A DNA stretch of 64,000 nt from assembly GCA_964360785.1 (NCBI GenBank), contig CAYHXX010000001.1:73334-137333 (forward strand). The letters are read 5' to 3'. The notes beneath the pieces were generated by a model, which saw only the letters and a list, made by a program, of their open reading frames with translations, ran no database searches and was not told the origin of the DNA. The stretch is from an uncultured Gammaproteobacteria bacterium. GTDB lineage: Bacteria; Patescibacteriota; Microgenomatia; Woykebacterales; RBG-16-39-9b. Shown one piece after another: positions 1 through 7,951 of the stretch. The translations under genes were made by a program, and so were the position numbers. Within the stretch, counting starts at the first letter, position 1. The number at the start of each line of letters is the position of its first letter.

Positions 1-519
1 ACGGATGAGGCCTCTTACTAGCTTCTGAGGATCTTCTTCATAAAGTACGGAGCACTGGTGTTTGTGGGCTATCTCAGTAATTTCTTTAATCTCATCTGCA
101 ATTCCTCCACTATTTACCAAAACCCCGAGTGGTTTTTTGTCTTCAAAAGCTACCGTGAACTCATTGAGGGTACCAATACGTCCGCAGACGACGATCACGG
201 CATCGGCACTCCGAGTCAGTATTAGGTTTCTCCCCGCATAACCAAATCCGGTATAAACTATCAAGTCCATGTAGCGAGTTGGGAGTTGGTAACGCTTGAT
301 GTGGTCTTCGTAGGTTGCAGCTGGGGAAAAGCCAATACTAACCCCATCGAGTTTCTTCGCACCTTTGGCCGCATAGAACGGAATCCCTGTGGTCGCCCCA
401 GAAACCAGAATAGCGCCACTGCGAGCGATCTCCTTGCCAATTTGTTCGGCTTTTTCTATTGTTTCGTCATTCAGACAGTCCCCAGTGGCTGCCCCACTCA
501 CGCAGATTTTGTAACTCAT
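1..519 (-). CDS. TIGR00725/LOG-like Rossmann-fold nucleotide-binding protein (C-terminus cut by window edge)
   Basis: Own translation of the minus strand from ATG at 519: MSYKICVSGAATGDC...GAILVSGATTGIPFYAAKGAK...VVCGRIGTLNEF. The Gly-rich Rossmann motifs are typical of the LOG/DprA-like TIGR00725 family. Its ATG overlaps the upstream gene stop (ATGA). Confidence 0.5.
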   Translation of the reverse strand, partial: MSYKICVSGAATGDCLNDETIEKAEQIGKEIARSGAILVSGATTGIPFYAAKGAKKLDGVSIGFSPAATYEDHIKRYQLPTRYMDLIVYTGFGYAGRNLILTRSADAVIVVCGRIGTLNEFTVAFEDKKPLGVLVNSGGIADEIKEITEIAHKHQCSVLYEEDPQKLVRGLIR

Positions 520-1658
520 TTAATCCCAATTAAAGGTAGTAAAAAATAATTATTTTGTTCTTTCACCTCACCTGCTTTTTTGATAGTTGTATCGTAATCT
601 TTCGCAAGATCTTTGTAGGATGACAGTGCTTTATTGTTTTGCCAAAAGTTTAGTTCGTGAATTGAAGTTTGTACCCCGAGGCTCTTGGTTTCGCTCACAA
701 AAGTAGCTAGTGCAGTTAATAGGTTTCCTGGATTGCTCACAGAATCAGTTTTCACAGTTTTGAAAAAATTAATAAGTAAATCAAAAACTGTAACTACATC
801 CTTATTAAGATCGTCCATTTCTGCCGGCAGTTCCTTTTTATCGTAGTTGGCAAACACATTTCTGATCTTGGTTAGGTCAGTAACTGAATTGTCGATATCA
901 TTTACCGATGTGATTGTATTTGAAATATTGTAAAGTTCGATTGCAGCATCGCTGACAGAAACATAGTATTTTGCAGTTTTGTCTGTTTCACTCAAATAAA
1001 GATCTGTCTTTTTGGTTGTTTCTTCAACATCTTTTTTGAGTAAATCTGCTCCTGAAGGTACACTACTTGTTTTCAAATGTAGCAACTTCTTCTTCAGTAG
1101 ATCTTGGGCAAGTTCTGACTTGTCAGAAATGTTTTCCGCGAGTTTTCTTTGCTGCCGAACGGCCTTGTTTGGATCGTTTTCCGGAATACTAAACCCTTTG
1201 ACCTGACTACTTCTCTCGAGCACTTCTCTTATACTTTTGAGTAGTAGCAAGGAATTTCCAGAAAGTGAGTTGGTTGCAGCAGAAGTGTTGGCAGCGAGTA
1301 CTCCAGAGTCTATTTCCGAAAGGCTTGTGTCATCCGAAGCGTTACTAGCAGTCAATGACTGGTAAAGTAGATCTAGCGATTCGTTTACGTTTTTGATTCT
1401 TGTATCTAGGGTTTCGAGTGTTTCCGCAGCGTTTGCTGCATACATCACATTTCTAGTACGTGGGATAACAATAAAACCTAAAAGTAGGACTGCTGCTAAA
1501 GAAAATATAGACAGGACAGCAACTGCAATAGGTGTCTTCTGGTTTAAATCAGTTTGGTTACTTGTTGGCACCTTTAGATTTCCAGCTGCATGGTCTGGAT
1601 GGATAAGGACCTGATTTTGAAACGTTGATTGAATTTTGGGCAAGTCAGAGGATTGCAT
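516..1658 (-). CDS. hypothetical membrane-anchored protein (N-terminal TM helix, Ser/Thr/Asn-rich extracellular region)
   Basis: 380-aa ORF with one hydrophobic helix (IAVAVLSIFSLAAVLLLGFIVI). It is translationally coupled (ATGA) to the downstream gene. Confidence 0.5.
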   Translation of the reverse strand: MQSSDLPKIQSTFQNQVLIHPDHAAGNLKVPTSNQTDLNQKTPIAVAVLSIFSLAAVLLLGFIVIPRTRNVMYAANAAETLETLDTRIKNVNESLDLLYQSLTASNASDDTSLSEIDSGVLAANTSAATNSLSGNSLLLLKSIREVLERSSQVKGFSIPENDPNKAVRQQRKLAENISDKSELAQDLLKKKLLHLKTSSVPSGADLLKKDVEETTKKTDLYLSETDKTAKYYVSVSDAAIELYNISNTITSVNDIDNSVTDLTKIRNVFANYDKKELPAEMDDLNKDVVTVFDLLINFFKTVKTDSVSNPGNLLTALATFVSETKSLGVQTSIHELNFWQNNKALSSYKDLAKDYDTTIKKAGEVKEQNNYFLLPLIGIK

Positions 1659-1760
1659 CTAGTAACTTCAATTTTCTCATACTTAGCTTGAACCTGTCAA
1701 AGGAAAAATGAAAGAAGGCAGTTCTAGGTCGCCTTCGATACCTTTCTCTTCTGCTTTCCC

Positions 1761-2483
1761 TTACCGCAACTGCCGTAGTTCTGTCCGGCATTCTCGGCAG
1801 AAGATCACTCCAACCCTTTCTTCCTCCTGGAGTTGTTCGATCCAGGTTTTGCGGTCGACTCCTTGACGCATGCAGCAAGCAGCGTTGGTGCAGTGCGTGC
1901 CCAGACTCTGCTCCACATTCCAGCCGCGGGCCGGTAGGCCTAGGACATGGCCGAACTCATGACTGGTACAACGTTGAATCAGCCGCAATCGTAGTTGCCG
2001 GTCAATCCCGGGCCGAAGGCGCGAGACGGATTCAACGTAGCCGAGTTTTGGCCATGCAGCCCCGAAGACGAAGTTGGTGTTTCCGGTGGAGCAGTCTCGG
2101 TCGAGCAGCATTACGTCGTAGTGCGGACGCTGTTGTTGGTAGGGCTCATTGGCCAAGTAGACCAGTACTTGATTGGCGTTTACTTGAGCCCCGAGGCCGA
2201 TGTCCCTTTTCGGATTGAACATCGATCGATCCTGGTACCAATCAGGACTCCCATAGTCTCCGTCCGCGATCGGCAACGAGCCGAAGACCAAGACTTGCCA
2301 GTCGAGTTCCCCTGCTCTTAGCACGTCGTGGACTCCTTCGACTGCTGCGTGTCCCTCATCACCATCGACGCCGCTGGTCCAGCTGACATAGATGGGTTTG
2401 CGTGGGAACTCACGCTTGCGTCGCTCGCTTTCGACCGTCCGGATTACCGGGGTTGGTCTGATCCGTACGATTGGTGTTGCCAT
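1761..2483 (-). CDS. archaemetzincin-like zinc metalloprotease (peptidase M54-like)
   Basis: HEFGHVLGL followed by C-x4-C-C-M and a distal CRECR pair, matching the archaemetzincin HExxHxxG...CX4CXM...CXXC pattern. NFVFGAAW precedes it. The gene sits in a high-GC (about 60%) segment with a GGGTGGGAGA SD before the ATG. Confidence 0.5.
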   Translation of the reverse strand: MATPIVRIRPTPVIRTVESERRKREFPRKPIYVSWTSGVDGDEGHAAVEGVHDVLRAGELDWQVLVFGSLPIADGDYGSPDWYQDRSMFNPKRDIGLGAQVNANQVLVYLANEPYQQQRPHYDVMLLDRDCSTGNTNFVFGAAWPKLGYVESVSRLRPGIDRQLRLRLIQRCTSHEFGHVLGLPARGWNVEQSLGTHCTNAACCMRQGVDRKTWIEQLQEEERVGVIFCRECRTELRQLR

Positions 2484-2697
2484 TCTCCCACCCTCTTGGT
2501 CTCGACCTTACGGTCGGCTACTTCCCCTATCTTCTGATTAAATCAATACTCTTCCAGTACCATCTTCTTCCAGTCAGCCAGCGCCATCTGGGTAGAAAAG
2601 GAAATTGGCGTACGTGACGGACATGCCAGTACCTGTACATGGATCATCCCCTCCACTGAAGGGGAATTATAACTCACCTAGCAATAATATTGATTCG

Positions 2698-3240
2698 CTA
2701 AGAACTTTTCCAGGGTTGGTCGGGGTGTCCCGCTGATTGGTTTTCGACTCGGGCGAGGACAAAAAACAGGTCGGAGAGCCGGTTGAGGTATTTTTTTATT
2801 TCGGGATTCACATCTTCCAAATGTGTAAGTTTTCTTTCAGTTCGTCTTGTGACGCTACGTGAAAGGTGAAAATAAGCAGCTGCACGGGAACCTCCAGGTA
2901 ATATAAATTGGTTTAGTTTTGGTAACACGTTTTCGAACCGATCAATATATTTTTCAATTTCCACAACGTCAGAGTCCTTCAAATTGAAAGAAGCAGTGCT
3001 ATCACCTGCTTTCTCTGGGTTGGCCAGTTCGGCTCCGATCTCAAATAACTTATTTTGTATCTGCTGGACGATTTGTTTTATTTCTTCGCTCCCCGTCTCA
3101 GAAGCGCAGACTCCTAGAGTCGCATTTATTTCGTCGACACTACCGATCACCTCTATTCGCGGATCTGACTTTTTGACCCTTTTGCCCCCAAATAAAGAGG
3201 TTTCCCCGCTATCGCCAGTCTTAGTGTAAATTTTTACCAT
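2698..3240 (-). CDS. ATP:cob(I)alamin adenosyltransferase, PduO type
   Basis: N-terminus MVKIYTKTGDSGETSLFGGKRV is the hallmark of PduO/MMAB-type adenosyltransferases; length 180 aa. Confidence 0.8.
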   Translation of the reverse strand: MVKIYTKTGDSGETSLFGGKRVKKSDPRIEVIGSVDEINATLGVCASETGSEEIKQIVQQIQNKLFEIGAELANPEKAGDSTASFNLKDSDVVEIEKYIDRFENVLPKLNQFILPGGSRAAAYFHLSRSVTRRTERKLTHLEDVNPEIKKYLNRLSDLFFVLARVENQSAGHPDQPWKSS

Positions 3241-3243
3241 TTA

Positions 3244-4110
3244 TTAAATTTCGCTAAAATAATTGTAAACTAACCTTGCGCTATTTTGTATTGAGGTAAA
3301 GCGTGTTTCCCAAGGGGAACCTTTGGTGTCATTAGTAAAAATAGTTAAGATAAAAGGATTTTTGGGATGGATAACGATTGCAGCATCATGCACCCCACCC
3401 TGAAAGGTTCCAGTTTTGTGATAAAAATTTACTCCAGAGGGAACAGCCGGTGAAATACGGTTCTCAGTTTCGGTATTTTGCATGTAGGAAAAGAAAAGCT
3501 TGCGGTGCTCTTCTGTCAAAATCTCACCTTTGTAGAGTTTTAATAACAACTCGTTTTCACCTTTGGCGGACATCAAGTTTCCCCAAATCTTGACGTTGGT
3601 CAGTCCCAGTTGATCCGAGACTTCTTGCTGGTGGTCAAAGCTTTGTAGCTGGTTGAAATATTCCCAGGAGTTGTTGTTGCTTTGATTGATCATCTGTTGC
3701 AGGTTATACTCCACCGTCTTCGAGAGAGAATACTTCCCTGCTTCAATATCCCTAAAAGCAGTGGTGGCCACCACAGTTTTCATGACCGAAGCAGCGTGAA
3801 ATTGTTCAAGTTCGGCTATTCCAAAGGACTCATTGTTGTTGATGTCAAAAATAGCTATCCCAAATTTTTCATTTACAACTAGTTGAGTTTGGATTGTTGC
3901 CAGCAGCTGCGTCTTCTTTTCTTCTCTCAATTTTTTTGCAAGAGCTGCAGCTTCCGCAGTAGCCTTCTCGTTCTTATCATTTTTTTCCAGAACGGTTTCC
4001 TTTGAGATCACTTCTTGTAGGTTATTTAACAAGCTGTTGTGTGGTAGCAAAATCAGAAAGCCCAGCGCAAAAAGGAGTATTACTAGTTTATAGCGTTTCT
4101 TTATTTTCAT
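3244..4110 (-). CDS. class A beta-lactamase-like serine hydrolase (secreted)
   Basis: Signal/TM N-terminus, an SxxK motif (ASVMK) and a KTG motif (HKTGT). It lies 3 nt from the adenosyltransferase gene. Confidence 0.55.
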   Translation of the reverse strand: MKIKKRYKLVILLFALGFLILLPHNSLLNNLQEVISKETVLEKNDKNEKATAEAAALAKKLREEKKTQLLATIQTQLVVNEKFGIAIFDINNNESFGIAELEQFHAASVMKTVVATTAFRDIEAGKYSLSKTVEYNLQQMINQSNNNSWEYFNQLQSFDHQQEVSDQLGLTNVKIWGNLMSAKGENELLLKLYKGEILTEEHRKLFFSYMQNTETENRISPAVPSGVNFYHKTGTFQGGVHDAAIVIHPKNPFILTIFTNDTKGSPWETRFTSIQNSARLVYNYFSEI

Positions 4111-4115
4111 AACAG

Positions 4116-4712
4116 TTAGTTAAATTTGAAAGATTTGACTATATCGAGAGCAGAAGTGTAAGTGTCTTTGTCAGTAGCTCTGATCCAAAAAGTTGTTAGT
4201 GTTGTTTTTGTAGTCGCTGGTAGCACTAGCACACTAAAGTATCCGCCTGTATTATACGCATACTCTGTCATTTCGATTTCCTTGCCATTTACTTTGATTC
4301 TTACTTTATTTGTAGCAGAAATGCTGTTCTTCTGTTCTTGGCTGAGGCTGTAAGGTTGTTCAACTCGCAGCCAGATCTCAACAGAATTGGCCTCGTTTTG
4401 AATTAAAACACCCGGGGTACCAGATTGTCTTTCCTCAGCCTTCCAACTCTCTGGAAAAATAATGGAGTATTTTTCATTAGGACTTTCAAAAGTAGTTTTT
4501 CCGGCAGCAGTTTTGGTAGTCGCTTTACCGCCGACAGCTGTTTCTAATGAATTGCTCTCCATCCGGCCAAAAAAGTAACCGCCACCAAAGAATAATCCCA
4601 CAAAAACCAAAAGGACGATAAGGATTGTCACTGTTAAGCTAAATTTGCTTACCGAAATTTGGGGAGAAGGGATTTCGACAACCTTCTCATTGTGTTCAAA
4701 AGTAACCTCCAT
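4116..4712 (-). CDS. hypothetical membrane-anchored protein
   Basis: 198-aa ORF with a single TM helix (LTVTILIVLLVFVGLFFGGGYFF). It is the first gene of a three-gene minus-strand run. Confidence 0.5.
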   Translation of the reverse strand: MEVTFEHNEKVVEIPSPQISVSKFSLTVTILIVLLVFVGLFFGGGYFFGRMESNSLETAVGGKATTKTAAGKTTFESPNEKYSIIFPESWKAEERQSGTPGVLIQNEANSVEIWLRVEQPYSLSQEQKNSISATNKVRIKVNGKEIEMTEYAYNTGGYFSVLVLPATTKTTLTTFWIRATDKDTYTSALDIVKSFKFN

Positions 4713-4769
4713 ATAACTGAAATGATACAGGGCTTGAACAAATGTGTAAAGTTTGGGAAGATTAACTAG

Positions 4770-5300
4770 ATGTCCAAAGAAATATTGTTAAATGAAACGA
4801 ACCTTAGTCTAGTTACGATCCTAATAATTGCAGTACTCACTTGGGTGGCGCTTCAAATCTTTACCAAAGCCTTGGTTGATCGGATTACAGTCGGGACTCC
4901 GAGAGGAAGACGATTTCACACACTGAGTAATGTTTTTAAAGCTTTTGTCTCGGCGTTGATCTTAGCTTTCTCAGTCTTTGAAACACTTAAGGTTTTGGGT
5001 TTTGATCTAGCTCCTTTTTTGGCAAGTGCTGGAGTAATCGCCTTGGCGATTGGGTTTGGTTCGCAAGCCTTGGTCAAAGATATTGTCAGCGGATTCTTTT
5101 TGCTGGCCGAGGATCAGTTTTCTGAAGGTGATGATGTCGAGATAGCGGGAAAACGTGGTATAGTTGAGAGGATGAACATAAGGACAGTTTATCTACGTGA
5201 TAAGGATGGGATACTGCACCTGGTACCCAACGGTGCCATCAGTGTTGTATCCAATTTTTCCAGACAGAAAAAGACAATTAAAGAGAAAGGGCCCCGATGA
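4770..5300 (+). CDS. small-conductance mechanosensitive channel (MscS family)
   Basis: TM helices followed by GFGSQALVKDIVSGFFLLAEDQFSEGDDVEI, the conserved MscS pore/beta-domain region. Confidence 0.75.
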   Translation: MSKEILLNETNLSLVTILIIAVLTWVALQIFTKALVDRITVGTPRGRRFHTLSNVFKAFVSALILAFSVFETLKVLGFDLAPFLASAGVIALAIGFGSQALVKDIVSGFFLLAEDQFSEGDDVEIAGKRGIVERMNIRTVYLRDKDGILHLVPNGAISVVSNFSRQKKTIKEKGPR

Positions 5301-5707
5301 AAAAAATACTTTTAGTGGAAGATGATGTGTTTATTCGAGATATCTATGGACGGGAGTTGAAAAAAGGAGATTATCAGGTAGATATTGCTGAGGATGGTGA
5401 ATCAGGGGTTGCCAAATCAACATCTGTAAAGTACGACATCCTCCTGCTTGATATCATGCTCCCAAAAAAGACTGGGATTGATGTCTTGCGTGAACTTCGT
5501 GCTGCACCAGCACCATATAAAGACACTCCAGTTTACCTCCTGACCAATCTCGGTCAAGGGTCGATCATCAAACAAGCTGTCGATATCGGTGCTCAAGGGT
5601 ATCTTCTCAAAGCCCGTTTCTTACCTTCACAGGTTCTTGAAACAGTCGACCGTTTCTTTCGTGAAGGCCCAATGAAGATCGATCTTAAAGAATTTGGTTT
5701 GGAATAA
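5297..5707 (+). CDS. stand-alone response-regulator receiver domain (CheY-like)
   Basis: MKKILLVEDD...ILLLDIMLPKKTGIDVL...LLK carries the phospho-acceptor and conserved Lys pattern. No output domain. ATGA overlap with the MscS gene. Confidence 0.8.
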   Translation: MKKILLVEDDVFIRDIYGRELKKGDYQVDIAEDGESGVAKSTSVKYDILLLDIMLPKKTGIDVLRELRAAPAPYKDTPVYLLTNLGQGSIIKQAVDIGAQGYLLKARFLPSQVLETVDRFFREGPMKIDLKEFGLE

Positions 5708-5709
5708 AT

Positions 5710-5940
5710 TTAGTTGCCGGTTGTTCGGTAAAGAGTAAAAATTGACGAAAAAGTTATCAGGTAGAAAATAATAGTTAACACCCCAAAAACCACTAAACCA
5801 ATAATCCAGATCTTGGTTTTCTTCTTTTTAATAGAACTAAACAGGTAGCCACTCAAAAAGAAAATCGCCAGAAAAAGAAAAACTCCGCTAAGGAACGAAA
5901 AGTTTCTAATAAAACCAAGTAAGGTAGAAATATCAACCAC
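5710..5940 (-). CDS. small hypothetical membrane protein (GTG start)
   Basis: 76-aa ORF with two hydrophobic helices. Start-codon context is weak. Confidence 0.3.
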   Translation of the reverse strand: MVDISTLLGFIRNFSFLSGVFLFLAIFFLSGYLFSSIKKKKTKIWIIGLVVFGVLTIIFYLITFSSIFTLYRTTGN

Positions 5941-6020
5941 CCCCTAATTGTATGGCTTTTAATGGGGCTACGCTACACAGTTATACAACTATAGGTTGAC
6001 AGTTTCGTAGAAATTACTGA

Positions 6021-6068
6021 ATGCTATAACCTATAGCATTTGACTTTTGAAGCTAAATATGCTACACT
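6021..6068 (+). promoter_or_regulatory. sigma70-like promoter (TTGACT-17-TACACT) preceded by the perfect palindrome ATGCTATAaccTATAGCAT
   Basis: TTGACT at 6040-6045, a 17-nt spacer, TACACT at 6063-6068. The 8-bp inverted repeat at 6021-6039 abuts the -35. It is an AT-rich element in front of a high-GC gene. Confidence 0.45.
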
Positions 6069-6133
6069 GGTTTCAGTAAAAAGGCAGTCGTGTGACTGTT
6101 CTTTTTTGTACTCTACAAGGAAAGGAGTTTGCC

Positions 6134-6928
6134 ATGCCCGCCCGTGGCAAAAGACCACCAAACCCACCCAGTGCTTGCCGTCACAACAAGGCAGCTGGAC
6201 CGCTCGCCGTTGGTCTCTACCTCGCGATGTTGGTTCTGCTGATGGTTGGTGCCTCGATGTATTTCAGGTACCACACAGAGTGGCAGCGATACCAGCAGCT
6301 GCGGAACTTCTTCGGGGCCCTCGCCCAGAATAACGCGGAGGCCTCCGTCGGAGTTCCAGTTGAAGAAAGCCCTCAGGCTATCTTCAATATAACTCCTGAG
6401 TGTCGTGAGCAGTGGGACAACTACATGGAAGGCCACACTTTCTTGTACGAACCGCAGCGGTTCGGGCATCGGGAGTTTGGACTTCCAGACATCTCGTTCA
6501 CGGAGGACGAGAAGAACTGGTTCGAGGCCTTGGGTTGCAGCGAGTCGAAGTATCACCACTTCGATCCGGATAACAATCCATACGCGGCCACAGATCACGA
6601 AGGACGACCTTTGATCACCTCAGGGGCCGGCTGTGTCAGCATCTACCAAGGGTGCAACCTCAGCATTTGTCCTAAGGAGCTGTGGAGCGAGCTCAAGACC
6701 AACATCTGGTGCGGAGCCAAGCTCTTCCGTCAGCTGTTGGACCAGTTCCCAGGCGATATGGACATGGTCCTCGCCTGTTACAAGGACGCCGTGGTGAAAA
6801 TCGATACGGATGGGGATGGCTATAAGGAAACCTACGTCTATGACCAGGTGACCGGAAATGTCATCCCCGACCCCGAACTCGATTGGCAAGTCCAGACGGT
6901 TAGGGATTTGGTAACAAAAGTTCCGTAG
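6134..6928 (+). CDS. lytic transglycosylase-like protein (SLT domain) with N-terminal TM helix
   Basis: ES...SGAGCVSIYQ and ACYKDA resemble the SLT catalytic Glu-Ser, GLMQ and AYNAG motifs. The likely start is MPARGKR after the RBS AAGGAAAGGAG; the ORF track began it at an upstream ATG at 6092. The segment is about 58% GC. Confidence 0.45.
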   Translation: MPARGKRPPNPPSACRHNKAAGPLAVGLYLAMLVLLMVGASMYFRYHTEWQRYQQLRNFFGALAQNNAEASVGVPVEESPQAIFNITPECREQWDNYMEGHTFLYEPQRFGHREFGLPDISFTEDEKNWFEALGCSESKYHHFDPDNNPYAATDHEGRPLITSGAGCVSIYQGCNLSICPKELWSELKTNIWCGAKLFRQLLDQFPGDMDMVLACYKDAVVKIDTDGDGYKETYVYDQVTGNVIPDPELDWQVQTVRDLVTKVP

Positions 6929-6942
6929 TAGTACAGCGTCGG

Positions 6943-6976
6943 GTGTGGTGAGAATAAAGCGAATCATTCGCTCTCA
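6943..6976. terminator. nested hairpin (GGTGAGA..GCGAAT c ATTCGC..TCTCACC) between convergent genes
   Basis: 7-bp outer and 6-bp inner inverted repeats seen directly. No strong U-tract, so function as a terminator is uncertain. Confidence 0.35.
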
Positions 6977-7027
6977 CCCGCCCGGCGTCTCTGTTTCTAA
7001 TACTCTTTTTACTCCAAATTTATTTTC

Positions 7028-7858
7028 CTAAGTTGTAGTCGGCGTCGATTCTGGTGTTGGAGCAGCAGGTGCTAGTTCAGGTGCTGGTTCTGGTGCTGGT
7101 TCTGGTGTTTGAGTCGGTTCTGGTACCGCCGCTACAGGTGCTGGAGCGACTGGTGCCGCAGCAACAGGGGCTGGGGCTACTATGCTACCCGAGAGTTTTC
7201 GGTATGCAAAAGCATAAGCTATCATAATAACAGGGATTGCAACAAACAAACCAACTAGTAGCGCTAGTGCCCCAGCAATTGCAATCAGTCCGGAAACTAC
7301 TCCTAAGAAAACTAGATTCCACCAATTTCCTTTGGTAATTTCATAGCTAGACTTGATTGCATCGATTGGCCCAGCTTTCTTGTCAACCACAACATAGGTT
7401 GTCATACTAAGTTTTACTGCTAAGTAGATTCCCGGAATTATAAAAAATAAAAATCCAGCCAAGACTATTAAACCTTCTAAAATTGAAGCTCCAATATATT
7501 TAAGAGCCAATGGATACTGTTGGTACAAATCTTTAAGGTCACCTTTTTTGCCGTCAACAAAATCAAGAAAAATTTTCATCATGCCAATTGAAATCAGAAG
7601 ACTGATGATTGTAGATATGACATTAAGTAAGGTAACTATAGCTGGATTACCAGCAAAAACCCCTTCTTTGGTTTGTTGATATTGGGTACTTCCAACGTTA
7701 ACGTAAACATTCGTTTCTCCAGTAAGCCAAGACACCAGAAAACTAACTCCAAATTGAAAGATACCTAAAATCACGACAAGAATAATAAAAAAGCCCACAT
7801 TTTTCTTGAATGTTTCCCAACCAAATGCTAAAGCTTCTGAAATAGAAAAAGTATTCAT
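7028..7858 (-). CDS. polytopic membrane protein with Pro/Ala-rich C-terminal tail
   Basis: Several TM helices and a C-terminus APAPVAAAPVAPAPVAAVPEPTQTPEPAPEPAPELAPAAP, encoded by tandem GGTGCTGGTTCT units. Confidence 0.55.
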   Translation of the reverse strand: MNTFSISEALAFGWETFKKNVGFFIILVVILGIFQFGVSFLVSWLTGETNVYVNVGSTQYQQTKEGVFAGNPAIVTLLNVISTIISLLISIGMMKIFLDFVDGKKGDLKDLYQQYPLALKYIGASILEGLIVLAGFLFFIIPGIYLAVKLSMTTYVVVDKKAGPIDAIKSSYEITKGNWWNLVFLGVVSGLIAIAGALALLVGLFVAIPVIMIAYAFAYRKLSGSIVAPAPVAAAPVAPAPVAAVPEPTQTPEPAPEPAPELAPAAPTPESTPTTT

Positions 7859-7951
7859 TTGAATAAATTCCTCCTTTAATATAAGTCTGAGCTGTTTATG
7901 AGTGGCCTGTCAAGAGAAATTCTGCATTATAAGATACTTTTTGTTCATGAT

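Noticed and set aside
286-549. Plus-strand 87-aa ORF
   Set aside because: It lies entirely inside the better-supported minus-strand TIGR00725-like gene, which has clear Rossmann motifs. It is a shadow ORF.
1995-2321. Plus-strand ORFs in 1645-2540 and 10000-12130 (for example 1995..2321, 10890..11363, 11873..12124)
   Set aside because: High-GC DNA produces long spurious frames on the opposite strand. The minus-strand genes have SDs, recognisable motifs (HExxH) or operon coupling.
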